A DNA stretch of 64,000 bases from Octopus sinensis (GCF_006345805.1 NC_043017.1:22382001-22446000), one strand, 5' to 3'. Numbered from the stretch's first letter, positions 40,218 to 53,654 are shown. The notes: a model not told the origin generated them from the sequence alone. A program made the numbers and translations.

Positions 40218-40458
40218 TGGCGGTGGCGGTGGCGGTGGTGGCGGTGGTGGTGGTGGCGGTGGTGGTGGCGGTGGTGGTGGCGGTGGTGGTGGTGGCGGTG
40301 GTGGTGGTGGTGGCGGTGGCGGTGGCGGTGGTGGCGGTGGTGGTGGTGGCGGTGGTGGTGGCGGTGGTGGTGGCGGTGGTGGTGGTGGCGGTGGTGGTGG
40401 TGGTGGCGGTGGCGGTGGTGGTGGCGGTGGTGGTGGTGGTGGCGGTGGTGGTGGTGGT
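40046..40458. repeat. Long (GGT/GGC)n trinucleotide tract
   Basis: About 410 bp of almost pure GGT/GGC; source of the poly-P/G/V/H/W ORFs. Confidence 0.97.
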
Positions 40459-40700
40459 AGATCAAATCTGACTCCCCAAAACAGGAATAGTTCCTTCAAC
40501 AGTCTCCCGCACAATTTCCGTCAGCTGATTTCACTCACATGAACTTGAGACCACAAGAGAATGCATTTGCCCCAAAGTGCTGTTCTGTGGGACTGAACCT
40601 AAAACAACATTGTTAAAAAGCAATCGTTTTTAACCACACAGCCATGCCTGTGCACATGAATACCAATTTCTACCATTAAGATTAGATTTACATCTTTTAA

Positions 40701-40919
40701 CCCTTTGGCATTGAGACTACTCTGTCGAATGTAATGTTTCTTTATTCACGCTGTTTGAATGAATCTTGTATTATCTCATGGCTTCAATATTTCAGTGATG
40801 TGATTGTTTGTTTTGAGAATGACACTGTAAGCTAGGTGTGAGAGGCCAGATCTGGTCAGTTTGAACATAAAGCTTGTAGAATATTTGGGCTGGATATGGC
40901 TAGTTTAAATGCTGAGGGG
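40701..40919. mobile_element. piggyBac-like MITE
   Basis: TTAA|ccctttggcatt ... aatgctgagggg|TTAA (TTAA at 40697-40700 and 40920-40923). A further copy is at 51660-51864. Confidence 0.85.
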
Positions 40920-41002
40920 TTAAAGTATGTCAAGCATTTTAGTTACTTCTTGTGACTCAGGGGTACAAGTGTGCCTATTCTACAAACATTACTAGTACAA
41001 AA

Positions 41003-41580
41003 AAATGGAGGATGATGGTGGTGGTGGTGGTGGTGATGATGGTGGTGTTAGTAGTGGTAATCATGATGGTGATGGTGGTGGTAGTAGTAATAGTGGTTGT
41101 CGTGGTGACAGTGGTATTAGTAATGGTAGTGGTGATGGTAGTGGTGGTAGCAGTGCTGATGGTGGTGGTGGTGGTGGTGGTGTTAGTAGTGGTAGTGGTG
41201 ATGGTAGTGATGGTAGCAGTGATGATGATGGTGGTGGTGGTATTAGTATTGGTAGTGATGGTGGCAGTGGTGGAGATGGTGGTGGTGTGGTGGTGGTGTT
41301 AGTAGTGGTAGTGGTGATGGTAGTGATGGTAGCAGTGATGATGATGGTGGTGGTGGTATTAGTATTGGTAGTGATGGTGGCAGTGGTGGAGATGGTGGTG
41401 GTGGTGGTAATAGTCGTTGTTATGATGACGGTGGTGGTGGCAGTGGTAGTACTAGTGGTTGTGATGATGATGGTGATGATGGTGATGGAGATGATGTTGG
41501 TTGGTGGTGTTGACTATAACGGTGGTGCAGCAGTATTAGCATCAGTAGTAGTAGTATTAGTGGTGATGGTGGTGGTGGTG
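41003..41580. repeat. Degenerate (GGT/GAT/AGT)n tract with an internal ~110-bp duplication
   Basis: The block ggtggtgttagtagtggtagtggtgatggtagtgatggtagcagtgatgatgatggtggtggtggtattagtattggtagtgatggtggcagtggtggagatggtggtggtg occurs twice (~41175 and ~41290). Confidence 0.9.
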
Positions 41581-42100
41581 AGTCTGCCAAATCCATGCCA
41601 CCCTTTTTTTCACCTTTCTAGAACTGGAAACATCCCTATTCCAGCTGAAGAAATAAATCCGACCATTATGTTTGACGCACCGAATATACTTAAAGCTGCT
41701 TTAAACTTCAAAGGGTTAGAATGGATTCGGTCATGGAGTATAGCAACGGTGGCACCATTCTTACATTCCTATTCCCGCTTTAGCAAAAACGGTCCGTTTT
41801 TATTTTTCTTTACCTGAGAAACTAAATCACCACAAGGCACCATTAGTATGCATTGCTTGGCATTAAGCTGCATTAACTTATGTTTAGAAACTGAGGGATG
41901 TGATGATGATGATGATGATGATGAAGAGGGCAGCTTTGCCGTTTCCTTTCGAGGAAGTCAGAAAAAAGTAATAATAATAATAATGATAATGATAATAACA
42001 ATAATAATGATAATAATAAATACATGTACTATGGGAAGTAAATAAAAACATGAATAAAAGAATGTTTAAAAGAACTATCTTAGCTGGAAGGAAATATTTT

Positions 42101-42157
<57 letters not shown>

Positions 42158-42350
42158 AAATTAGAGAATGGAGAAATATACTTAAATCAGTAAAACATCA
42201 ACTATCCGATGATACTCAATCCATACTTTAATACACCATTACATATGAGTAAAGGCAATACATAAAATGAAATGAGATATACAGTAATAGTAAAAAGATA
42301 AAGAGATATAAGTAAAAAATTTTCAAATATAATATGCAAATAAATCAAAA

Positions 42351-42458
42351 CTGACAGCTGTTTCGGCAGTGAGGACAGTCATACCTCATTTAACCTATAA
42401 GCCATAAAGGCAGGTATAAATGAGGCATTAACAAGGATGCCCCACGGCCTCTTCAGAG
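42351..42458 (-). ncRNA. Hammerhead ribozyme-like motif (Penelope type) with an extended stem II
   Basis: Minus strand: CTGAAGA-GGC...GCC-GAAA-CAGCTG-TC. The conserved core is intact, stem III is a loopless palindrome (ACAGCTGT) and the cleavage triplet is GUC; stem I is weak. Confidence 0.6.
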
Positions 42459-42801
42459 AATTAAATTAAATTTGTTATAATAGTGAAAAATATTATACAA
42501 TCATATACATATAAATATAAAAATATAAAAATGTAAAATATAAAAACTTATACATCATAAGCTACACTTATATAATATAATACACATTTGTACAAAAAAG
42601 GAAGGTAAACAGAACAAAATAAAACAAAATATATAATGGTGTATATATTAATATCAATAAGTACCGATATTATACATATTTGGCTAATAGTTTTTTTATA
42701 TATATAAAAAAAAGGCTAACATATATGGAGATGAAAATAATAATTAAATCCGTGGTACAGTTCATAAGATTCTAAAGCTATAAAAGTTAATAAAAATTAC
42801 T

Positions 42802-42835
<34 letters not shown>

Positions 42836-43049
42836 TAATAATAATAATATAATAATAATAAAAAAATATAATAAAAAATAGATACAGTTAAGTTAGCACC
42901 AAGTCCATCCTTACAAGATCGAAATAACTATGAGTTAAGAAATGCTGACCACTAGGTAAAGAAAATATAGATTAATTCGATTGGCTATTGGTTTGAAATT
43001 TAAATCACAAAAGGAAATTATACGGTTGGTTGAATTTTCAACCCCTATC

Positions 43050-44030
<981 letters not shown>

Positions 44031-44364
44031 CTGCCATACGGATTTTTCTCAATTTAGAATATTTCTTTCAAATAACTTCTTTCTTTTTTTTCATTTTTTA
44101 TTCATTTCACATCATATTATATATGAGTATTTATCATCATCATCGTCATCGTCATTACTATCATTGCCATCAATATCCTATGCTCCCTTTGCATGCTGGC
44201 ATGGGCTGGACTCACAGATAGAGAAACAGCTAAATATTCCCTTCCATCATCTCAGCTTACCATTTATGTACAAAAGAATCATTGAATGGACAAATAAAAT
44301 AACTTGGATTTCCTTCCTTCTGTTCATTTTTATATTTCTTCAGTAAATGAAAATACTAACTACA

Positions 44365-44741
44365 TCTTTCATCTTTTGCTTGTTTCAGCCCATGCTGGAG
44401 CACTGCCTTGAAGAATTTTAGTCGAATGAATTGACCGCAGAACTTAGTTTTCTGTTTTTTTAATTCTTTAAGCTTGGTACTTAGTGCCAAACCACTAAGT
44501 TGTGGGGACATAAACAGACCAACACCGGGTGTCAAGCAGTGGTGGGGACAGACTCAAACACAAAGACACAAACATATATATGTACACCAGACTTCTTTCA
44601 GTTTCCAACAACCAAATCCATTCACAAGGCTTTGTTGGTCAGCCCTAGGTTGTAGCAGAAGACACTTGCCCAAGGTGCCATTCAGTGGGACTGAACCCAG
44701 AGCCAGGTGGTTGAAGAGCAAACTTCTTACCACACAGCCAC
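44365..44741 (-). mobile_element. SINE family A, diverged full length
   Basis: Reverse-complement tail, body and head. Confidence 0.85.
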
Positions 44742-44902
44742 AGTATTTCTACGATAAGTCATATACAAAGTTTTGTGTTGTTATTTTTATTTAATCTATT
44801 TAACTTCTGGTTGTTTCTAGCTCTGCAGATCCATACTCAAAGACATTCTAACCATGACTACCCTGTAGTTTTGATATCAAGGATATCCAATAATGTAATG
44901 TT

Positions 44903-45134
44903 TATTTCTTTATTGCCCACAGGGGGATAAACATAGAGGGGACAAACAAGGACAGACAGAAGGATTGAGTTGGTCACGTCAACCCCAGTGCATAACTGGT
45001 ACTTATTTAATTGAACCTGAAAGGATGAAAAGCAAAGTCGACCTTGGCAGAATTTGAACTCAGAACGTAACAGCAGATGAAATACCACTAAGTATTTCGC
45101 CCAGCATGCTAACAATTCTGCCAGCTTACCACCA
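44903..45134 (-). mobile_element. SINE family B
   Basis: Complete reverse-complement copy. Confidence 0.85.
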
Positions 45135-45449
45135 AAAAATTAGTAAGATAGCCAAGCAATAAGATATGGGGTGTGGATGTAAAGTATGGATGATGGATGG
45201 AAAGAAATGAAGAACATTGCTGTCTTCCTCATAGTACAGTAGGCACTTGTCTGAGGTCCAGTTTGTCTTGAGGATCAATGCCCATTAATGAATGCAGTGG
45301 TTGTAAATGCTTCTGAACAGCACTTTGCCAAGGGGCTTATACTGCTTTTGAGACAGATAGATCTGATGAGGTAAGCATGCTCTGTTGGATGTTTCCCCGC
45401 CCCACCAAAGAGAGTAGGACATAATTTGTGATTAATATTTGAACAGGTA

Positions 45450-46110
45450 AGGTGGTGAGCCAGCAGAAATGTTCGCATAATGGATGAAATGATTAATGGT
45501 ATTTTGTCGGTATTTTGTCTGCCGTTACATTCTGAGTTTAAATCCCGCCGAGGTCGACTTTGCCTTTCATCCTTTCGGGGTCGATAAATTAAGTACCAGT
45601 TACACACTGGGGTCGATATAATCGACTTAATCTGTTTGCCTGTCCTTGTTTGTCCTCTCTGTGTTTAGCCCCTTGTGGGCAGTAAAGAAATAGGCATTTT
45701 GTCAATCTTTAGGGCGGCGAGCTGGCAGAAACGTTAGCATGCCGGGCGAAACGCTTAGCGGTATTTCATCAGTCGCTACGTTCTGAGTTCAAATTCCGCT
45801 GAGGCTGACTTTGACTTTCATCCTTTTGGGGTCGATTAAATAAGTACCAGTTATGCACTGGGGTCGATATAATCGACTTAATTCGTTTGTCTGTCCTTGT
45901 TTGTCTTCTCTGTGTTTAGCCCCTTGTTGGTAGTAAAGAAATAGGTATTTCATCTGTCTTTATGTTCTGAGTTCAAATCTCATCAACATCAGCTTTGCCT
46001 TTTATCCTTTCAGGGCTGATGAAATAAGTATCAGTGGAGCAGAGGGTGTGAATGTAATTGACAAGCTTCTTCTCAAAAATTTCGGACTTTGTGCCTCTAG
46101 TAGAAAAGAC
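45450..46110 (+). mobile_element. Head-to-tail cluster of SINE B units (3-4 units)
   Basis: Repeated ttctgagttcaaat..gactttgcctttcatcctt..ggggtcga..aagtaccagtt..cactggggtcgat units starting near 45520, 45715 and 45945. Confidence 0.88.
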
Positions 46111-47216
46111 ATTTCTAGTAGACTGAGCACCTGCATAGAGATTCCTTCATCGTATGGTGATTAATGAATAGTGAAATTTTGAGTTAGGAATAAAGACTTT
46201 TAAGTTCCAATCTTAGCCAAGGCTGTTGTATTAATATAGAAACACGGTGTACAGAGATGATTAAAGAATAAACTGACTAAAGATAAAACAACAAATGAGG
46301 AAGTCAGTTGTCTCATCAATGTATTTTACCCAAAGATAATGTTTATTCAGGAAAGACACCGACTAGAAAGAGTTTGGAAGAAAGCAAACATAAGAAATAA
46401 AACTATTAATAATGGAATGGAAGGAAGCTTAGGAGGCAGAGCAGGTAAAAAAGGCCAAAAAGATGAGAAGAAATAAAGAAATAGAAACTGATAAGAAAAA
46501 AGGAAAATAATGGAGAATGAGGTAAAAAATAAAAATGGGAAGAGAGATTAGGAAAATAAAATGGGGGAAAGTGAAAGTAGAAAGATGGAAAGCAAGATAG
46601 AGGAAAGGAAAAAAAAAGGAGAAATATAAGAGAAATAAAGAAAGGATGGGGTATGTGGAAAGGAAATAAATAGCAAAAAGGGAGGAGGAAAATATAGATA
46701 TTAGAAAAAGGGAACACAAAGACGTACAGTGAGAGAAAAAGAGCAGTGAAAGGGGTAAATGAATAGCAGGGAAGAGATGCAAAATGCAGAAGAAATACAA
46801 ATGAAAAATAAAAGGAAGAATAAAGTGTGTGTGTTATTCAAAGGTCATATGAAAAGTATTTATATATGTCATACAGAAATATGGTTGTGGAACCATTTTT
46901 AAGGCTTTATTCTGTTACTTGATTTACAGGTTGGATTGAAGTTAAAGCAACATGTAATAGCTATGAGAAATCTTACACATCATTAAACTTTTCCATGTGA
47001 ATAACTTTATCATTGCTATACTTTTCAGCATCCAAGTGGATGTAAGTATATAGCATAAACATTCAAACACTATCACTGTTTTCCCAAATCCAGTTGTATA
47101 TCACATGGAATTTTTGTCCCCACCCAAAGTCATCTTGATGTGAGAATCAACATAAGTGATTTTGGCAGTAAATTTTGGTATGGAAAAATTAACTTGTATG
47201 CCAGAAAATATGGAAT

Positions 47217-48021
47217 CTCTTTACTCTTTTACTCTTTTACTTGTTTCAGTCATTTGACTGCGGCCATGCTGGAGCACCGCCTTTAATCGAGCAACTCGAC
47301 CCCGGGACTTATTCTTTGTAAAGCCCAGTACTTATTCTATCGGTGTCTTTTGCCGAACTGCTAGGTGACGGGGACATAAACACACCAGCAATGCTAGGGG
47401 GACAAACACAAACATACACGCACACACACACACATACGCATATATATACATCAGAATCGAAATCGATCAATGGAAATCGATCAATGGAAATTGCAGATGT
47501 GTTACCAGTGCCGGTGGCATGTAAGAGAACTTTCCGTTTCGCGACCGTTGCCAGCACCGCCCCGTTTCGTGTCCGTTGCCAGCCTCGCCTGGCCCTCGTG
47601 CCGGTGGCACATAAAAAGCACCATCCGTTCGTGGCCGTTTGCCAGCTCTGTCTGGCACCAGTGCGGGTGGCACGTAAAAAGCACCCACTACACTCACGGA
47701 GTGGTTGGCGTTAGGAAGGGCATCCAGCCGTAGAAACACTGCCAGATTTGACTGGGCCTGATGAAGCCTTCTGGCTTCACAGACCCCAGTAGAACCGTCC
47801 AACCCATGCTAGCATGGAAAACGGACGCTAAACGATGATGATGATGATGATGATATATGACGGGCTTCTTTCAGTTTCCGTCTACCAAATCCACTCACAA
47901 GGCTTTGGTCGGCCCAAAGCTATAGTAGAAGACACTTGCCCAAGGTGCCATGCAGTGGGACTGAACCCGGAACCATGTGGTTGGTAAACAAGCTACTTAC
48001 CACACAGCCACTCCTGCGCCT
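47217..48021 (-). mobile_element. SINE A (minus strand) with a long family-C copy (plus strand, ~47450-47853) nested in its internal microsatellite
   Basis: A tail at 47217-47440 and A head at 47855-48021, with a C element ending in (GAT)n between them. Confidence 0.88.
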
Positions 48022-48370
48022 ATACACACCATTTTGAGAACGAGAAGACCAAGTTCACTGATAAGATTTTAAACTTGTACCATATTACTTACTAGGTGAT
48101 CGCATTAATAGTTTCACCACAGAGTACCTGTCATTCCATTTTCTTAAATTCAGTATTATAAGTTGGAGAACATCCTACTATGCTGGAGATAACTGGAATA
48201 AAAACTATTCTGATAGTGACTGAGGAATAATATTGTAAAATAGTATAAACACTGTAATGTCAAAATTCATTGACATTACAATGTTCTAATGTAGTTTCAA
48301 AGATTCTCTTCCTTCTTGTGCTTGTTTTGGTAAACGAAATCCTGCTAAGAATTTTGCTTCTGTGATTATA

Positions 48371-48933
48371 CTCTCTCTTTTACTCTTTTACATCTTTCAG
48401 TCATTTGACTGCGGCCATGCTGGAGCACCGCCTTTAATCAAGCAACTCGACCCCAGGACTTATTCTTTGTAAAGCCCAGTACTTATTCTATCGGTCTCTT
48501 TTGCCGAACCGCTAAGTGACGGGGACATAAACACACCAGCATCGGTTGTCAAGCAATGCTAGGGGGACAAACACAAACATACACGCACACACATACATAT
48601 ATATATACATATATACAACGGGCTTCTTTCAGTTTCCATCTACCAAATCCACTCACAAGGCTTTGGTCGGCCCAAAGCTATAGTAGAAGACACTTGCCCA
48701 AGGTGCCATGCAGTGGGACTGAACCTGGAACCATTGCTTGACAACCTAGCATTGCTTGACAACCAATGCTGGTGTGTTTATGTCCCCGTCACTTAGCGGT
48801 TCGGCAAAAGACACCGATAGAATAAGTACTGGGCTTACAAAGAATAAGTCCCGGGGTCGAGTTGCTCGACTAAAGGCGGTGCTCCAGCATGGCCGCAGTC
48901 AAATGACTGAAACAAGTAAAAGAGTAAAGAGAG
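48371..48933. mobile_element. SINE A fold-back: minus copy lacking its 5' tip, fused to a plus-strand 3' half
   Basis: 48371-48734 on the minus strand and 48735-48933 on the plus strand; junction ggaacCATtgcttgacaacctagcattgcttgacaacc. Confidence 0.88.
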
Positions 48934-49390
48934 AATTACCAGCTATTTCAAAGTTGTTTTAATGTGACATACAGTTATTGATGTATCGGGCCTGAAACTT
49001 AATTTTGAAGCGATGAGCATCACAACTTTTTACTCAGTCCTGTGATTTCACAGTCAATTTTTGATATTACTGTGAAGTGAGATAACCGTTTGTAGGACGT
49101 GAGGGATACATTCCTTATGCATTGAGTCATAATGAAGAACTGAGTCAACATCTGGTCAAGACATTTTGATTGCCTAAATCCTTATTTTTATTGACTCATT
49201 TATATTAATTTATTCTTATGAAATACATAAATGTCCAAATGGTTAATGTAAAAGACGTAAAGAGATCGAGCGATTACATATTGCTGTAACCAATGTTGTA
49301 CACCTGAGCAAGACTATGAATGATAAATGATTCCTTCATTATTATTATTATTATTATTATTATCATCATTATTACTATTATTATTATTAT

Positions 49391-49482
49391 CATTTAGGAG
49401 CAGCCATAAATGCTTCAATTTAAATATCTTTTCGTATCTAAAATTAACATAGGAATATGAAATAATAATAACAATAATGATG

Positions 49483-49516
<34 letters not shown>

Positions 49517-49928
49517 TAATAATAATAATGATAATAATAATAATAATGATATTATAATAATCATCATCATCATCGTTGAACGTCCGCTTTCCATGCCAAC
49601 CCATGCTAGCATGGAAAGCAGACGTTAAACGATGATGATGATCATCATCATCGTTTAACGTCCGTTCTCCATGCTAGCATGGGTTGGACGGTTCGACCGG
49701 GGATCTGGGAAACCAGAAGGCTGCACCAGGCTCCAGTCTTATCTGGCAATGATGATGATTATTATTATTATTATATCATTATTATTATCATCATTATTAT
49801 TATTATTATTATTATTATCATTATTATTATTATTATCATCATTATTGTTATTATTATTTCATATTCCTATGTTAATGGTAGATACGAAAAGATATTTAAA
49901 TTGAAGCATTCATGGCTGCTCCTAAATG
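49391..49928. repeat. Inverted duplication of unique plus (AAT)n sequence around family-C tail pieces
   Basis: 49391-49572 is the reverse complement of 49749-49928, with 3 mismatches in the ~70-bp non-repeat part. Confidence 0.93.
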
Positions 49929-50333
49929 AGAAAATCATCATAAATCATGATGTTAATTCTGAAAATGTTGCAACCATTTGTATTGTTTATTGCTGCTGTG
50001 TGTGGTACCCACACTACTTGAATATCCGTCATTATGAAGTAGCTATACACACGAACACCTAAGACCACATCCTTAAGAATGCCATCAAACTGACAAACCT
50101 TCCTTCTCTGTTAATACAGTGAACCCACAAACATTACACTGACATACAGTATCCACTTTCTGGTTCCTGCTCCTTTGAACTACCAAACAGTCTGTATGTC
50201 AACTGACTTGCCAATCTATCCTCCTTTCTTCACCCTACCATGTCTCATCCTAGAAAATCCAATGCTAAATATATCTCCTACGCCTTTATATTCAGAACAG
50301 AAGCACCCTGAAACTCCATCACTGACCATATAT

Positions 50334-50567
50334 ATTTCTTTATTACCCACAAGGGGCTAAACACAGACTGGACAAACAAGGACAGACAAACGGATTAAGT
50401 CAATTACATCGACCCCAGTGCGTAACTGGTACTTAATTTATCGACCCCGAAAGGATGAATGGCAAAGTCGACCTTGGCGGAATTTAAACTCAGAACGTAA
50501 TGACAGACGAAATACGGCTACGCATTTCGCCCGGTGTGCTAACAGTTCTGCCAGCTCACCACCTTAA
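50334..50567 (-). mobile_element. SINE family B, full length with a 16-bp TSD
   Basis: atcactgaccatatat at 50318-50333 and 50568-50583. Confidence 0.93.
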
Positions 50568-50858
50568 ATCACTGACCATATATCCACATTCACTAGAATA
50601 CACAAGCCATGGTAGAAGTTACAACTGGCAGATGCTGAAACTGAACAACAAAATAGACCTGACTACTCTAGGATGACTTCAAATCAAGGCCGATGGAAGG
50701 GATGTCAGCCAGTTCATTGGTTCCGGGTTCAGAGATTAAAGACAAAGTGCCATAAATTTCTGACAAGTGGCACCCAAAGCATCATTCTTCCCTGCTTACA
50801 AAATATCACTCAACATCCCAGCATAAAAAGGGTTACAGGTACTGGTTCTTGTTCCTAA

Positions 50859-51257
50859 TCTTTATATATAAAAGAGAGGTTGTGTGCTGTCTGTCTCCTA
50901 CGATTTAGATTCCTAACTACTCCCACATTTCGCGGTGCAGTTTAACCAAAACCTGGTACCTTATAGTCGTGATTCATATCGAGCCCTTCTGGGTATTAGC
51001 GCACGTCTACGATGAGTCTACGATTTAAAAAAAATTCACCATCAATTTTTCCCATTTTTAATGCATTTTTGGCATATATAAGGGAAGTAACTCTCTAAAA
51101 ATTTATTATTAAATCTCAGAACGTAAAAAGCTACAGTAACACCTCCCCCCCCTTTGTGGTTAGCTATATTGAGATGGCTATCATACTTTACATCTCTAAA
51201 AATGCTTATATAGTTATTTCCCTTACAAACCCGAGCAACACCGGGCGATACTGCTAG
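50859..51257 (+). mobile_element. Non-autonomous Helitron
   Basis: 5' A|TCtttatatataaaa; 3' subterminal hairpin cccgagcaacaccggg followed by cgatactgCTAG|T. Inserted at an A|T junction with no TSD. Confidence 0.82.
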
Positions 51258-52402
51258 TCTAAAATATAATAAAATTTAATCTTATTTTTAATAAGAAACT
51301 AATCTAAATCTAATCAAGTAAACTTCAGACTGGGGCTTCCATTGATTTTTATTTTTCACACCAAAGGATTTCTTCACAGTTTTGTAAACTTCTCATCTCA
51401 CAAGTGAATTTAAATAGTCGGCATGGGGCTCCATTATTAAGTTCTTTCTTTAGTCTCAGCTGTTCTGCCACAAAACAAAACATATCAGAATAGGAAAGGT
51501 GTTTGCACAGCTCAAGGACAAAGCATTTGGTTTGTGAGTAAGGGTTACAAACACATCAATTTTCAGCTGAGAAACAAAACATCTCTATATTCTACTCTGG
51601 TGATTTCTCTTAACACTAAGTTTACCAAACATATTTTGATAGGTTATCTGGTCAGTTAACCTTTTAGCTTTCAGATAATTCTGTCAAATGCAATGCTTAT
51701 TTATTCACATTGTTTTGAATTAATCGTGATTACCTCAGAGCTTCAAGATTTTGATGATGTGATTGTTTATCTTTAAAATGACCTTGAGGGTAGATGTGAG
51801 AGTTTGGATCTGACCAGTTTGAACAAAAAACAGGTTGGATATGCCTGGTTTAAATGCCAAAGGGCTAGATTTATTATGGGGTTTATTAATTTTCTTTATT
51901 GCCACCGATATCTTAAGTGCATTTTTCAGATGATGATGCTTACATTGAATTTCCTGACACACAGCAGATGAAATAAATTTCCACTTCACTGTGTTATCCA
52001 TCACTTACATAACTGAATGGAGTAAGGCAATGTAAAATAAAGTATTCTGTCCCAGAAACACCAGAGTTTGATTCCACAACTTAAAGTCAGGCAATACCAA
52101 TGCCTTACCAATTCAGCTGTCTCTCCTCTAAAATTTTCTGTTTAGTCTTTGCGTAAAAATTTGTTGAGCCTGGTACAGCTTTCTGGCTTGCTAGTCCCCA
52201 GTCAACCTGTCCAACCCATGCCAGCTTGGAGAGCGGACGATGATGATGTCTCCCAAAGCAGGGTTTGAGCTTGTAGCATCATCATCATCATTATTTGAAA
52301 TGCACAAGTCTATGCTTGCAGACTTTATTTGAGACAAATTTTCTATGACCTGATGCCTTCCTTGTTGCCCGTTTCACCTGTTTCCAAGCAAAATACACTT
52401 AA

Positions 52403-52710
52403 AGAGTGTTCTCGAAAGAGCTGTTCTTCACTCCTGCTCCAGAGCATCAGCTGCGGGGTCACTCTGAAAAGCTCTATCTGCGACGATTTCATCTCAATCG
52501 AAGGAGAGGGGCTTTCTCCGTCCGGGTTGCGGATCCGTGGAATAATCTGCTGGACGAGATAGTGAAGATGCCGACGACCGCTCGGTTCAAAATCTCTCTT
52601 GACCAGAAATGGCCTGAACTCTTTGCATGAAAACACTCCTTGTACATAACTCCATGTCCCCCTACATGGCCTTGCTTTTCGCTTTTTGAGCCAAAAAATT
52701 AACTTAACTT
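52403..52710 (+). mobile_element. CR1-clade LINE 3' end (ORF2 C-terminus, 3'UTR and (TAACT)n tail)
   Basis: LRGHSEKLYLRRFHLNRRRGAFSVRVADPWNNLLDEIVKMPTTARFKISLDQKW matches the CR1 RGH..KL...R..FS.RV...WN.LP...FK..LD pattern. Confidence 0.88.
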
Positions 52711-53654
52711 CATTTTAAGATATCAGTGGTAATAAAGAAAATTGATCAACTCTTAATGAATTTAACCCTTTGGTATTTAAACCAGGCAGTATTGGAAATG
52801 GTATGACACTGCTTGTTTGGTAGTGGCAGTGACACTCAACCATCACAAAATGTCAACACATACACACACACATGCATACATACAACAAACTTATTTCAGT
52901 TTCTATCAACCAAATCCACTCATAAGGCTTTTGTCTGCCCAGGGTTGTAGTAGCAGACACTTTCCCAAAGTACCATGCAGTGGGATTGAACCTAGAACTA
53001 TGTGGTTGGGAAGCAAACTTCTTACTATAGAGCCACGCCTGCACCTAAAGCGAGCTGATAAATTTTCTTTATCAACCATTCTATCTTTCTTGTCAAATGG
53101 TAATGAAATAATTTTCTTTTTTAAATAAGAAAAACGGAAAATTTAAAGTTTCTTTTTTCTTATTATTTGAAGCAAAAATAGAAAAGAATGATGAAATTAC
53201 TAATGAAAAAGAAGAAATATGCAAATTTTATAAGAAATATTGCGAATATGGATTTTGCATAATTTGTGAATGGGTAAGATGAAAACAAATTAAATCAGCA
53301 GGTAGGGTGTTTCTTGTAGAAAAATCTAAGAATCTAAACAATGACAGTATTTGTGAATAACTGAAGCCAGATATCTCCAGAAGACATAGATTAACTGGGC
53401 ATTTAGATTGAATTAGAAATATTGGAGCTTCTTAAATTACTGGAAACTGAAGCATAGAAATCCTGCTTTGGAATGGAAACAGGCAGAAAGAAGCTCTAGC
53501 AGAAGCTCAGAAAATCAAATCACTGTATATAGATAGCTAACAATCGATGAACGCTTGTTAACATTATTAGATGCTGAAGAAAATCTAAGAGATTCGAGAA
53601 TTGTTATAAAGCAATTCAGAGGAATCTAAGGAAATGGATAAGTACAAAGGAAAC

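Noticed and set aside
41005-41817. 270-aa ORF as a transmembrane or Gly-rich protein
   Set aside because: About 190 codons come from a degenerate trinucleotide tract.
45362-45420. CTGATGAG as a hammerhead core
   Set aside because: No properly placed stem II or GAAA follows.
46385-46820. Phe/Leu-rich minus-strand ORFs resembling membrane proteins
   Set aside because: They are produced by a low-complexity GA-rich tract.
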